Below are positions 48,586-58,630 of a DNA stretch of 64,000 nt, one piece after another. The stretch spans positions 960,001 to 1,024,000 of the forward strand of contig OY763927.2 of assembly GCA_963667665.2 (NCBI GenBank), written 5' to 3'. The notes under the pieces are model-generated. The model ran no database searches and was not told the origin of the DNA. It saw only the letters and a list, made by a program, of their open reading frames with translations. This DNA is from Nitrosopumilus sp. GTDB taxonomy: Archaea > Thermoproteota > Nitrososphaeria > Nitrososphaerales > Nitrosopumilaceae. Numbering within the stretch: position 1 is the first letter of the stretch; each line of letters opens with the position of its first letter. Position numbers and translations under genes: made by a program.

Positions 48586-48660
48586 CGGGCTCGACCGGAT
48601 TTGAACCGGTGACCTAACGCTCCGCAAGCGTTCGCACTATCCAAGCTGTGCAACGAGTCC
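48586..48660 (-). tRNA. tRNA-Arg(GCG)
   Basis: GGACTCG...CGAGCCC-G; anticodon arm AACGC-TTGCGGA-GCGTT; T arm ACCGG-TTCAAAT-CCGGT. Confidence 0.95.
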
Positions 48661-48701
48661 GAAAAGTTTTGAAATTTACGCTTAATTTGGATTGCGATTA
48701 G

Positions 48702-49517
48702 TCAGATTGTTTGTGTAAAAATGTAAGAAGTGTCTTCGGATTCATGAAATGCCCAAACAGTCGGCAAAGATAGGGTTTGAATGGACTTTAGATTGTTTTT
48801 CTCAATTAATGAACCCCATCCTGCCTCGTTTTTTGGATCTGGTTGATATTTTTGAGAGTAAGTTCCTGCAAACACCCAACCAGTTTTTTTAAGATTAGAA
48901 ATTGAATTAATTTTGTCTAAAACACCAGATGTTAATTCAGTACCGCCCATTTGTGCAAGGCCACCAATAAAGAAAATTGGTTGTGTTAGATTCAATGAAG
49001 AATAATCAAAGGTTGTGGCATCAGAACAATACGGATGAAAATCAAGTATAGTCAAAAGTTTTTGCAGATCAACTAACATATTATCAATTTCAATACTGTA
49101 TGATTCCAATCCTAAAACTTTAGCACAAAATGCAATTCTACCATCCCCAGAACCAATATCAATAACTTCTTGATATCCAAATTCTTGCGCAAGTAAAACA
49201 CCAACATATGCAGACATTATCCATGTTGGAGAAAATGGAGCATTACTTGAACCATGTTGAATGCTGTTTAACCAGTATTTGTTAATGTCACCTTCATAAA
49301 CAATACAAGTAGTGTCACCAATAGTTTTCTCAAAAGAATTGTAATAGATAGGATTCTTTGTTGCAAATTGATGTAACAACTCTAAATCTTGTTGATGAAT
49401 TGGAAACAAGTCAGATTTTAAAACAGGAATTACTTCTTGAATTTGACTTTTACCATCATAGATTTTTGCAAATTCTTTTTTTAAATGAACCAGATTTTTA
49501 GCAAGGTCTTCAATCAT
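48702..49517 (-). CDS. Putative class I SAM-dependent methyltransferase
   Basis: VIDIGSGDGR motif I, SIEID and DAT. Confidence 0.7.
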   Translation of the reverse strand: MIEDLAKNLVHLKKEFAKIYDGKSQIQEVIPVLKSDLFPIHQQDLELLHQFATKNPIYYNSFEKTIGDTTCIVYEGDINKYWLNSIQHGSSNAPFSPTWIMSAYVGVLLAQEFGYQEVIDIGSGDGRIAFCAKVLGLESYSIEIDNMLVDLQKLLTILDFHPYCSDATTFDYSSLNLTQPIFFIGGLAQMGGTELTSGVLDKINSISNLKKTGWVFAGTYSQKYQPDPKNEAGWGSLIEKNNLKSIQTLSLPTVWAFHESEDTSYIFTQTI

Positions 49518-49950
49518 TAGACAATCCTTTGCCATATTGTTCAACAAATTCTTTTGTGCTCATTTTTTTACGTAGTTCTTCATAGAGTTTAGCGTCATTT
49601 TCAATGTCTTTTTTTGATTTTTGTTCAGATGTTCCAGATTGAAGATTCTTTGTAGTGTCTTGAATTGATTTGGAAAGTTGCTCTATTACCTGAGGGTGTA
49701 TAATTAAATTAAATTTCTTAGATATTACTTGCTCAATTTCTATAATTTTATCTAGTAATGTTTGGTGCTCATTAGCATCAATCTGCTGCTTTAGCATTGT
49801 AATCATCGAGGATACATTCATGATTTGATAGTAAGTTTCTATAATTTCATGTAAAGATAAATCGGATTTTGTTGCTGCAGTGTTGATCAAATGTACTAGT
49901 TTTTCAGATTCAGCATCAAACATACTTGTAACATCATCAACAGAGTCCAT
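49510..49950 (-). CDS. Hypothetical helical protein
   Basis: 146-aa ORF overlapping the methyltransferase start. Confidence 0.7.
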   Translation of the reverse strand: MDSVDDVTSMFDAESEKLVHLINTAATKSDLSLHEIIETYYQIMNVSSMITMLKQQIDANEHQTLLDKIIEIEQVISKKFNLIIHPQVIEQLSKSIQDTTKNLQSGTSEQKSKKDIENDAKLYEELRKKMSTKEFVEQYGKGLSND

Positions 49951-49997
49951 GTGGCAAAAATAATCTCAAATTTTTAAAAATGTTGGTATTTGAAAAA

Positions 49998-50702
49998 TTA
50001 TGCTTCTTTTTCTGCCGATTTGACAAAAACATAGTTCATAATCAAACCTGCGATAATTCCACCCAAAATTGGTGCTGCCCAATACAACCAATGGAATTCC
50101 CAAAATCCAGAAATTAATGCAGGACCAAATGTTCTTGCAGGATTTACAGATGCACCAGTTAATGGAACTGCAACTAGATGAATAAGGAAAACCATTCCAC
50201 CAATTGCAAGTCCTTGAATTCCAGGAGTTGCTTTTTTGTGAACTGCAACCATAAAGATTACAGTTACTAAGAAGAATGTCAAAACTGCCTCTAATGCAAA
50301 TCCAGAACCAATGCTATTATTGATTAAATCACTTGGACCACCTTGAGTTCCAAAGTTTACTTTGGCTCCAAGTTCTGGTAAAATTGCTTTAAGTGTAGCA
50401 GCTGCTGCTACTGCACCAATTAATTGTGAAATAATATAACCAATACCATCTGCAATTCCAATCTTTCTTGTAATCATCATTGGGATGGTAACTGCAGGAT
50501 TAATGTGAGCACCAGATACATGTCCAAATGCATAGACCATTAATGCAATAGCACCTCCGTGTCCAAGAGAAATAAACAATACAGATTGTGTAGTTAATTC
50601 TTCACCAAATGCAGAAACTGCTAAAATTACTGAGAGTGGACCAAAAAATACCAAGCCATAAGTTGCAATTGCTTCAGCAAGAAATGCTCTTGGATTAACC
50701 AT
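49998..50702 (-). CDS. Aquaporin (MIP family)
   Basis: SGAHINPAVT and GASVNPARTFGP motifs. Confidence 0.97.
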   Translation of the reverse strand: MVNPRAFLAEAIATYGLVFFGPLSVILAVSAFGEELTTQSVLFISLGHGGAIALMVYAFGHVSGAHINPAVTIPMMITRKIGIADGIGYIISQLIGAVAAAATLKAILPELGAKVNFGTQGGPSDLINNSIGSGFALEAVLTFFLVTVIFMVAVHKKATPGIQGLAIGGMVFLIHLVAVPLTGASVNPARTFGPALISGFWEFHWLYWAAPILGGIIAGLIMNYVFVKSAEKEA

Positions 50703-50806
50703 TAAGCTAAAGCCACGTCAGTTTCCATATAAAACATTCGAACCAACAATATGATCATCGTAGGTCAAAAACTAATTAATTATGGAGAAATTTATCTGAA
50801 AACATA

Positions 50807-51271
50807 ATGATTTCAGAAGGAGATCCTGTTCCAAAATTTGAGATAAGTGATGCAAACGGTAACAAAGTAAAATCTACTGATTTTAAAGGCAAAAAACATG
50901 CCATCTATTTTTACCCAAAAGATTTCACACCAGGATGTACTACAGAAGCTGATGAATTTTCAAAAGACTATAAAAAATTCCTAAAAGAAGAAATTGAAAT
51001 TATTGGTATTAGTCCTGATGATGTAGACTCTCACAAAAAATTTTGTGAAAAAATGGGAATTAAATATCCACTTTTAGCAGATGTAGATAAAAAAGTCTCA
51101 AAGATGTTTGGGGTTTGGGGTATGAAAAAATTCATGGGAAGAGAATACATGGGAGTCACTAGAAGTACATTTCTTGTAGATAAGAAAGGAAAAATTTTCA
51201 AAATTTATCCTAAGGTAAAGGCTGCAGGGCATTCAAAACAAGTCCTAGAGGATTCCCTAAATTCAAATTAA
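50807..51271 (+). CDS. bcp: Peroxiredoxin Bcp/PrxQ
   Basis: FYPKDFTPGCTTEA, GISPD and RSTFLVD motifs. Confidence 0.93.
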   Translation: MISEGDPVPKFEISDANGNKVKSTDFKGKKHAIYFYPKDFTPGCTTEADEFSKDYKKFLKEEIEIIGISPDDVDSHKKFCEKMGIKYPLLADVDKKVSKMFGVWGMKKFMGREYMGVTRSTFLVDKKGKIFKIYPKVKAAGHSKQVLEDSLNSN

Positions 51272-51297
51272 AAATAAGAAAAAGTTGGATTAAAAAA

Positions 51298-52167
51298 TTA
51301 GAAACCTTTTGGTAATGCACCTTTTTTAGATGGAGAATCACTTGCTGAAGATTCTGCTTGACGCTTTGCTCTTAGCTCTGCGGCTGCAGTCATTAATTCT
51401 TCATTCTCTCTTTGCTCATCAGCCATTCTATTCATGTAATCTGCTTCATACTCTTCCAATGATTGTTTTTTTGAGCTTCCTGCACTGCTGCTGGAGCTAG
51501 ATTGTTCTGGAGGAGGTGCTTGTGTTGTCTCAGCTGGTTTTGGTGGTTCTGGAGTTTGTGCTTTTATTTCAATGCCTTCAACACTCATTGTTACACCACT
51601 GAAACTTCCAAATGTTTTACCTGGTGGACTATATGCTAATCTTTGTCTTGTAGCAAAGTATTGGTTTGATGGTTGTGTATAACCTGTAACCTTTGCTTTT
51701 TGGTCGTTCCAGTTTGATGTTGGAACGGTTCCGACAGGAGAATGTAGTCTCACAAAGTATCTGTTTGCAGCTGGGACATAACCTGTAACCTTTGCTTTGT
51801 AATCATGAAAAGAAGTCATTGACGCATTATAGTATGCATCTTCTAATGCAGCTTGAAATGTTACTGGAGCTGGTGGTGTTTTCTCAGCTGGTTTTGGAGC
51901 TTCTGCTGGTTTAACCTCTGCTGGTTTTGCTTCAGCTGGTTTAACCTCTGCGGGTTTTGCTTCAGCTGGTTTTGCTTCAGCTGGTTTTGCTTCAGCTGGT
52001 TTTGCTTTAGCTGGTTTTGCTTTAGCTGGTTTAACCTCTGCGGGTTTTGCTTCAGCTGGTTTTGGGGCAGGTGCTTCAAGTTGTGCAGCTAGTTTAGATA
52101 ATTTTGCTTCTAAGTCTGCGATCTTGGTTTCTAGATCTTTTTTTGAACTTGCTTTTTTTGCTGCCAT
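51298..52167 (-). CDS. Low-complexity protein with PAEAK repeats and a duplicated KAKVTGY module
   Basis: N-terminal coiled coil, about 12 pentapeptide repeats, two KAKVTGYxxxxNxYF units. Confidence 0.8.
   Translation of the reverse strand: MAAKKASSKKDLETKIADLEAKLSKLAAQLEAPAPKPAEAKPAEVKPAKAKPAKAKPAEAKPAEAKPAEAKPAEVKPAEAKPAEVKPAEAPKPAEKTPPAPVTFQAALEDAYYNASMTSFHDYKAKVTGYVPAANRYFVRLHSPVGTVPTSNWNDQKAKVTGYTQPSNQYFATRQRLAYSPPGKTFGSFSGVTMSVEGIEIKAQTPEPPKPAETTQAPPPEQSSSSSSAGSSKKQSLEEYEADYMNRMADEQRENEELMTAAAELRAKRQAESSASDSPSKKGALPKGF
51884..52063 (-). repeat. 15-bp coding tandem repeat, about 12 copies
   Basis: Plus-strand unit GCTGGTTTTGCTTCA with variants GCTGGTTTAACCTCT; encodes KPAE(A/V). Confidence 0.9.
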
Positions 52168-52303
52168 TCCTTATTGTAAATAATTCACGGTTTATTTACA
52201 TTTTGATTAGTACTATATTTTGCTTAAAGTATTCCTGAAAAGGCACAAAAATGTATGAAATGTGCATCAGATCAAATATAGATTCTAAAAATTATCTGAA
52301 AAA

Positions 52304-52495
52304 TCAGTCAGGTTCCCAAAATTGCATGACATACATACAATTGTTACATCGCCATAATTTTACATGTATACCATTATCAGTATCAGCTACATATTTCCCA
52401 TCTTTCATCTTAGTGACTTTGGGAAGATAGTTCAATTCAGCATTTTCAAGCCATTCATTTTGCTGACAGTTAGGACACATGATTTTTGGTGGCAC
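52304..52495 (-). CDS. Zinc-ribbon protein
   Basis: CPNC...CNNC. Confidence 0.75.
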   Translation of the reverse strand: MPPKIMCPNCQQNEWLENAELNYLPKVTKMKDGKYVADTDNGIHVKLWRCNNCMYVMQFWEPD

Positions 52496-52635
52496 GCACG
52501 ATATAGAAAATGATCAAAGAATAACATTGCTATTAAAAAAAATTCTAAAATTATTTCTAAAATTATTCCTAAAATAATCCATTAAACTAGCACATGGGTG
52601 CAAGTTTAATATGCACAATTGGTATTATAATTACA

Positions 52636-53010
52636 ATGGACGACTTTGAGAAGGAATATCCTGATTTTGACTGGAAAAACATACCAGCATACAAACATCC
52701 AGAGGGCAGAAATTGCCCATGTCCAAAGCATGAATACATCAGAGAACAGATTAATTTTACAAAACAAGTAAATCAAAAAGGTAAAGAACCAACCAAAATT
52801 ACTCTAAAGTTTTGTCCAGATCATTACAAAGTATACTTGGAAGAGGTAATCCCCGCAATGCCATTAAAATATAAAATTCTAACAAAGATTGCTCTAAAAC
52901 TTGGGGCAATTCAAGTTGAACAATTAAAGTATATGGAATCAGAATTGTGTTTTTACTGCAAGTTCGGTTCTGGCGGTCATGACAGAAAGACTGAACTTCC
53001 ACCAGTATAG
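52636..53010 (+). CDS. Cys/His-rich hypothetical protein
   Basis: CPCPKH, CPDH and CFYC; ATG 52636 taken as start. Confidence 0.7.
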   Translation: MDDFEKEYPDFDWKNIPAYKHPEGRNCPCPKHEYIREQINFTKQVNQKGKEPTKITLKFCPDHYKVYLEEVIPAMPLKYKILTKIALKLGAIQVEQLKYMESELCFYCKFGSGGHDRKTELPPV

Positions 53011-53011
53011 T

Positions 53012-53242
53012 TTAATCAGGACTTAACAAAATTTTTGGTTTGTTTGGAGTATCATGATGACATCGCTTTCCACATAGTGGGCATTTTTTTCTATCAAGAA
53101 AAATACATTGACAAATATGAGAATCAAGATATGATTTTGCAGGTTGATTGGATTCGCCAGTTCCATTACAAAAAGGACATTGAGAACCAAGTAATTCGAT
53201 AGTCCCATTTCCCTTGCAAACTACACATTTTTTATCAGACAA
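53012..53242 (-). CDS. Cys-rich zinc-finger protein (DnaJ-type CxxCxGxG repeats)
   Basis: CVVCKGNG, CPFCNGTG, HICQC and CPLCGKRCHH. Confidence 0.75.
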   Translation of the reverse strand: MSDKKCVVCKGNGTIELLGSQCPFCNGTGESNQPAKSYLDSHICQCIFLDRKKCPLCGKRCHHDTPNKPKILLSPD

Positions 53243-53356
53243 TACTGTTTTTCCTACGAGTGAGAACTAAAATACATTTGTTAAAAGAGTAATAAGAAAA
53301 ACATAGGTTCATGAAAATCCAGTTAAGCTTATACTTGAACTATCATCAGGATCATT

Positions 53357-54799
53357 GTGCCAATAGAAGACACCCATGAATTTATTGAAGAACTTGAAAA
53401 AAATGGGGAATTAAAGAGAGTTAAAACTGAAGTTGACTCTGATTTAGAAATTGCAGAAATTCTGAGAAGAGAGATGTACTCTAATGGTTCTGCAATTCTT
53501 TTTGAAAATGTAAAGGGATACGACATGCCAGTGTTAGGAAATGCGTTTGGATCCATGAAAAGATTAGAGATAGCACTTGAGATGACAGACTTTACTGAAA
53601 TTGGTCAACGTATTGCAGATATGACAAAGATGGATATTCCATCAGGTTTACTAAACAAAATTAAAAAACTTCCAGAACTCTCAAAGATGGCAGCATCATT
53701 TCCTAAAGCAGAAACAAGTGGACCAGTAACTGAGATAACATCAAGTGATGCATCTTTTGATGATTTACCAATTTTAAAATCATGGCCTAATGATGCTGGC
53801 AAATTCATTACATTAGGATTAGTTGCCACAAAACATCCAGAAACAGGAACAAGGAATCTTGGAGTGTATAGAATGCAAATAATAGATAAAACTCATGCAT
53901 TAATGCACTGGCAGAAGCACAAGAGAGGTGCTCACCACGGAGATATTTCAAAAGAGAGAGGAGAAAAAATCCCAGTTGCAATAATTATTGGAGGAGAACC
54001 TGCAACAATATTTTCATCAATTGCACCAGTACCAGAAGGACTAGACAAGTACTTGTTTGCAGGAATAACAAGAAAAGAAGGAATCAAAACGGTAAAATGC
54101 AAAACAATTGATCTGGATGTTCCTGCAAATGCAGAGATTGTTTTAGAAGGATATGTTGATCCAGAAGACATTAGAGATGAAGGACCATTTGGAGATCATA
54201 CAGGATACTATACACCAGTTGAGCCATATCCAACATTCACATTAACAGGAATTATGAGAAGAAAAGATCCAATCTATGTTACAACAGTTGTTGGAAAACC
54301 AGTTCTTGAGGATGCATATATTGGAAAAGTTATCGAACGATCATTTTTACCATTAATTCAAATGCTCCAGCCAGAAGTAGTAGACTATAGCATACCATCA
54401 GCAGGATGGTTTCAAGGATTAGCAATTATTTCAATCAAAAAAAGATACCCAGGTCAAGCAAAAAAAGTGATGATGGGGTTGTGGGGAATGGGACAACTTT
54501 CTCTAACAAAGACGTTTGTTGTAGTAGATGACGACATCAATGTACATAACATAAATGATGTCATTTGGGCAATAACTACAAGAGCAGATGCAGCAAGAGA
54601 TACAATAATTATCAACAACACTCCAACTGACACTCTTGATCCTGCATCTCCACTTGTCAACCTAGGTTCTAAGATGGGAATTGATGCAACACAGAAAACC
54701 AAAGAGGAAGGATATGAAAGAGAAATTCAGCAACAAGTAAAAGTTGATGATGAAACAAAAAATCTAGTGGATTCCAAGTGGTCTGATTATGGACTATGA
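53357..54799 (+). CDS. UbiD-family menaquinone biosynthesis decarboxylase
   Basis: NLGVYRMQ, EIVLEG, EGPFGDHTGYY and LDPAS..GSKMGIDAT motifs; convergent with mqnC. Confidence 0.92.
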   Translation: MPIEDTHEFIEELEKNGELKRVKTEVDSDLEIAEILRREMYSNGSAILFENVKGYDMPVLGNAFGSMKRLEIALEMTDFTEIGQRIADMTKMDIPSGLLNKIKKLPELSKMAASFPKAETSGPVTEITSSDASFDDLPILKSWPNDAGKFITLGLVATKHPETGTRNLGVYRMQIIDKTHALMHWQKHKRGAHHGDISKERGEKIPVAIIIGGEPATIFSSIAPVPEGLDKYLFAGITRKEGIKTVKCKTIDLDVPANAEIVLEGYVDPEDIRDEGPFGDHTGYYTPVEPYPTFTLTGIMRRKDPIYVTTVVGKPVLEDAYIGKVIERSFLPLIQMLQPEVVDYSIPSAGWFQGLAIISIKKRYPGQAKKVMMGLWGMGQLSLTKTFVVVDDDINVHNINDVIWAITTRADAARDTIIINNTPTDTLDPASPLVNLGSKMGIDATQKTKEEGYEREIQQQVKVDDETKNLVDSKWSDYGL

Positions 54800-55912
54800 T
54801 ACAGAAATAGGATTATAGAAATTATCTCTCTCTACTACCTGATAACCAATCTGATGAATAGCATCAATGATTTTTTTATCTGTTAGTTCAGTTGAGCGTG
54901 CACCAGTGCATGAAACAACCTCTTCACCGATGAGTGTACCACCAAAGTCATCAGCACCATATTGCAAAGCGAGTTGAGCCATGTCAACTCCATTTGTCAA
55001 CCAAGAAGATTGAATGTGCGAAATTAAGCCATCAAAAACTAATCTAGAGATTGCAATCATCTTCAAAAGTTGGACACCACCAGTTCCATATTCAACTAAA
55101 CCTTCTTCATGCATCAAAGTATTGATTGGTTCAAAATTCCATGGAATGAAAGCCATAAAACCTTTAGTTTTTTCTTGAAGTTTTACAATTTTGAAAAAGT
55201 GATCTACAATATCTTTTTTGTTTTCTACATGACCATACATCATAGTTGCAGAAGCTGGTAGTCCAAGTGAATGTGCTTCATCCATTATTCTAATCCAATC
55301 TGCACTAGAAATTTTCTTAGGACTAATGACATCTTTAACTGAATCAACTAAGATTTCAGCACCTGCACCAGGTATTGATTGTAAACCAGCATCTTTTAGT
55401 CTTGATAAAATTTCTTTTGTTGATGATTTTTCAACTTTTGCAATCATATCAATTTCAGATGTAGATAATCCATGAACCCCAACTTGCGGAAATTTCTCTC
55501 TAATCATTTTGAATGCATCTTCATAGTATTCTATATTCAGATTTGGGTTGTGTCCGCCTTGAATCAAAACTTGACGAATCTTAAACAAATCACATGAAGT
55601 CTTTACTCTAGATTCAATTTGATCAAGGGTTAATGTGTAAGCATCTTCAGCACCAGGTGGTCGATAAAATGCACAAAACTTGCAATCAGTGATGCAGACA
55701 TTGGTATAATTCAAAATAATATTATTTACAAAAGATACTTTTTTACCAAATTGTTTTCTTACTAGATATCCAGAAACAAGTCCCATAAGATGAACATCTT
55801 CAGACTCTAAGAGTCTCAAACAATCTTCAGGCTCAGGTCTTTTACCATTAAGAGAATTTTCTAAAATATCTTTGATATCACTTTTTTGTATCTGTTCAGT
55901 AGTTTGGCTCAA
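54794..55912 (-). CDS. mqnC: Cyclic dehypoxanthinyl futalosine synthase (radical SAM)
   Basis: NYTNVCITDCKFCAFYR, QVLIQGG.NP, PGAGAEIL, AFIPW and GADDFG motifs. Confidence 0.85.
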   Translation of the reverse strand: MSQTTEQIQKSDIKDILENSLNGKRPEPEDCLRLLESEDVHLMGLVSGYLVRKQFGKKVSFVNNIILNYTNVCITDCKFCAFYRPPGAEDAYTLTLDQIESRVKTSCDLFKIRQVLIQGGHNPNLNIEYYEDAFKMIREKFPQVGVHGLSTSEIDMIAKVEKSSTKEILSRLKDAGLQSIPGAGAEILVDSVKDVISPKKISSADWIRIMDEAHSLGLPASATMMYGHVENKKDIVDHFFKIVKLQEKTKGFMAFIPWNFEPINTLMHEEGLVEYGTGGVQLLKMIAISRLVFDGLISHIQSSWLTNGVDMAQLALQYGADDFGGTLIGEEVVSCTGARSTELTDKKIIDAIHQIGYQVVERDNFYNPISVS

Positions 55913-56069
55913 TTATCAATCATCTTTTTTAATTTCTATTTAATCTTTGATAGAAAAAAGGAGTAAAAAAAGAATTTAACTAAACGAATGGTTTGTGCGC
56001 ATAGGTGTATGAACCTGAGTTTGATAGTTCACATTAATTTTAAGTAGGGCACAAAAAGTAGATCAACAC

Positions 56070-56852
56070 ATGGTATCAGGTAATCAAATTAGACTTAATC
56101 GAATTCTCAAAAAAGGAAGAATGCTTTGTATTCCAATGGATCATGGTATTTCAAATGGACCAATTGAGGGACTTGAAGACCCAGCTTCGATTATTTACAA
56201 ATGTGAGGGACATGGTCTTACAAGTGTAATTATCAATAAAGGAATTCTCAAAACATTACCCAAGCCAACTAGGGTTGGAATTTTAGTTCATTTTTCAAGT
56301 AGTACATCATTATCATTAGCACCCAATCGTAAGATGTTAACGGGTACAGTAAAAGAAGCTGTAGCAATGGGAGCAGATGGTGTTTCATTACACATCAACA
56401 TTGGGGGTAAGGAAGAACCAGAGATGTTAGAACAACTTGGGAAAACGGCAGAACAATGTCATAGATGGGGAATGCCATTATTGGCAATGATGTATCCAAG
56501 AGGTGAAAATATCAAAGACCCACATGATCCTGAAATTGTTGGACATGTTGCAAGAATGGGAGCAGAGTGTGGTGCAGACATTGTTAAAACATTATACACT
56601 GGCGATGTTGATTCCTTTGCAAAAATTGTAAAGAGCACACCAGTCCCAATTGTTGTTGCAGGTGGACCTAAAGCAAAAACAGATTTAGATATTCTTCAAA
56701 TGACTGAAGATATTATGACTGCAGGAGCTAAAGGTATCACATATGGTAGAAACATCTTTGCACACAAAACACCTGAAAAAATGGTACAAGCATTAGCTGA
56801 AATAATTTTCAGGAAAGGTACAGCAAAGGAAGCATTGAAGAAAATTGAGTAA
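56070..56852 (+). CDS. 2-amino-3,7-dideoxy-D-threo-hept-6-ulosonate synthase (class I aldolase, AroA')
   Basis: PMDHG, AMMYPRG, GADIVKT and AGGPK motifs; first gene of the shikimate operon. Confidence 0.9.
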   Translation: MVSGNQIRLNRILKKGRMLCIPMDHGISNGPIEGLEDPASIIYKCEGHGLTSVIINKGILKTLPKPTRVGILVHFSSSTSLSLAPNRKMLTGTVKEAVAMGADGVSLHINIGGKEEPEMLEQLGKTAEQCHRWGMPLLAMMYPRGENIKDPHDPEIVGHVARMGAECGADIVKTLYTGDVDSFAKIVKSTPVPIVVAGGPKAKTDLDILQMTEDIMTAGAKGITYGRNIFAHKTPEKMVQALAEIIFRKGTAKEALKKIE

Positions 56853-57906
56853 AACAAGAGAATTAATAATTACACCTAAAGTGTCTCAGTCACAATTAAC
56901 CAAATTTCTTCCTCAATTAGAAGCTGAAGGAATCAAGATGGTATATCTTGACCCCAAAAAATTAGGCAAGAAAAAAACAAAACTGCAAACAATTTTCACT
57001 TCAAGTGCTGCAAAGTATGTAGTCCTTGAAAAAGAGGGAGCGTCCAAGCCAAAAGGTAAGAAAGTTGGAAGAAAATTCCAAGTATCATCAAACTCAGATA
57101 TAGAAGATGTTCTTTCGGCTGCAAAGAAGGGATTAGACTTTGTCATAGTAGAAGTAAAAGATTGGAAAATTATTCCTCTTGAAAACATTATTGCCAAACT
57201 GCACAAAATTCATACCAAAATTTTTGCAATTGCTAGAACTCCTAAAGAAGTAAGAAAAATGTTTTCAATTTTAGAAGTAGGAGTTGATGGAGTAATTTTC
57301 AGTACATCATCAATCAATGAAGTAAGAGAGGCGACAGTATACCTAGGGACAAGTAGTTTCGATATGGAACAAGCAAAGATCATTGAGATTAAAGAGGTTG
57401 GAGACGGTGAACGTGTTTGTGTAGATACAGCTTCAATGCTTCACAAAGGAGAAGGGATGTTAATTGGGAATAGGTCTAACTTTTTGTTTCTAGTTCACAA
57501 TGAATCAGTAGGATCATCATTTACATCCCCAAGACCATTTAGAGTAAATGCAGGTGCTGTACATTGTTATACTCTAGCACCAGATGGTACTACCAATTAT
57601 CTCTCAGAAATTGAAACAGGTTCTGAAGTATTAATTCTTAATTCCAAAGGAAAGGCAAGAAGAGCAACAGTTGGAAGAGCAAAAATTGAACGAAGACCAA
57701 TGTTAATGATAAAAGCATCTGCAGGAGGTGAAATAGGTGGAATTATTGCACAAGATGCAGAAACAATTCGTTTCATAAAACCAAATGGACAACTAGTATC
57801 AGTCACACATCTAAAGAAAGGAGATATTGTTATGGTACATGCAAAAGCAGCCACTGGAAGACATTTTGGAATGGAAGTTTCAGATGAATACATATTAGAA
57901 AAATAA
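56845..57906 (+). CDS. 3-dehydroquinate synthase II (AroB')
   Basis: DWKIIPLEN, RVCVDT, RPFRVNAGAVH, QDAETIR and GRHFG motifs. Confidence 0.95.
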   Translation: MSKTRELIITPKVSQSQLTKFLPQLEAEGIKMVYLDPKKLGKKKTKLQTIFTSSAAKYVVLEKEGASKPKGKKVGRKFQVSSNSDIEDVLSAAKKGLDFVIVEVKDWKIIPLENIIAKLHKIHTKIFAIARTPKEVRKMFSILEVGVDGVIFSTSSINEVREATVYLGTSSFDMEQAKIIEIKEVGDGERVCVDTASMLHKGEGMLIGNRSNFLFLVHNESVGSSFTSPRPFRVNAGAVHCYTLAPDGTTNYLSEIETGSEVLILNSKGKARRATVGRAKIERRPMLMIKASAGGEIGGIIAQDAETIRFIKPNGQLVSVTHLKKGDIVMVHAKAATGRHFGMEVSDEYILEK

Positions 57907-57907
57907 A

Positions 57908-58579
57908 ATGAAATACAAAACTTGTGTCTCTATTGCAGAAAAAACTCCATACAAAATCAAAAAGACATTAAAAATTGCATTAAAAAAATCAGATTATGTA
58001 GAAGTCAGGTTTGATTTTTTAAAAAGTGAACAAATTCCAGAAGCAATAGAGATAATCAAAAAAGATCTAAAAAAGATTGTATGTACACTAAGGCCAAAAA
58101 CAGAAGGTGGGAAATTTTCAGGAAATGAAAAAGAACGAGTTGATATTCTTAAATTAATTGCAGAATACAATCCATTTTTGTTAGATATAGAATTTAACAC
58201 ACTAAAGAGAAATTCATCACTTAGAAGATATCTAAAATCAACAAAGACAAACTTACTTGTATCATGGCATGACTTTAAGAAAACACCAAGTTCTACAGAA
58301 CTAAAAAAGAAAATGAAACAAATGAGTAAATTTTCATCTAATGTAAAAATTGTATGTACGGCAAAATCAACTGATGACTCTAATAGAATGCTGGAGTTAT
58401 ACAGCAAAAAAGGAAAGAATAATCTAATATCATTTGCAATGGGGGATTTTGGTAGAATTTCAAGAATTTTATGCCTGTATTTAGGTAGTCCATACACATA
58501 TGTCTCATTAGGAAAGGCAATTGCCCCGGGACAGTTTAGTGTTGATGAAGTAAAAAAAATTACAAATTTGAAAAAATAA
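57908..58579 (+). CDS. aroD: 3-dehydroquinate dehydratase type I
   Basis: EVRFD, TLRP..EGG, SWHDF, AMG..G..SR and APGQ motifs. Confidence 0.95.
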   Translation: MKYKTCVSIAEKTPYKIKKTLKIALKKSDYVEVRFDFLKSEQIPEAIEIIKKDLKKIVCTLRPKTEGGKFSGNEKERVDILKLIAEYNPFLLDIEFNTLKRNSSLRRYLKSTKTNLLVSWHDFKKTPSSTELKKKMKQMSKFSSNVKIVCTAKSTDDSNRMLELYSKKGKNNLISFAMGDFGRISRILCLYLGSPYTYVSLGKAIAPGQFSVDEVKKITNLKK

Positions 58580-58630
58580 CAAAATCAACAGTTGAGAGTT
58601 TAAATCAATCTTATTACTCAGAAAAATAAG

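Noticed and set aside
48549-48653. N-terminal extension of ORF 47946-48653
   Set aside because: It runs through tRNA-Arg; the signal peptide starts at ATG 48548
51853-52092. Alternative-frame ORFs (WFCFS and QNQLK repeats)
   Set aside because: Shadows of the 15-bp PAEAK coding repeat
55978-56035. Possible attenuator, leader peptide or small RNA between mqnC and the aro operon
   Set aside because: Only weak hairpins and an 18-codon minus-strand ORF; both flanking genes have TATA-like boxes close to their starts
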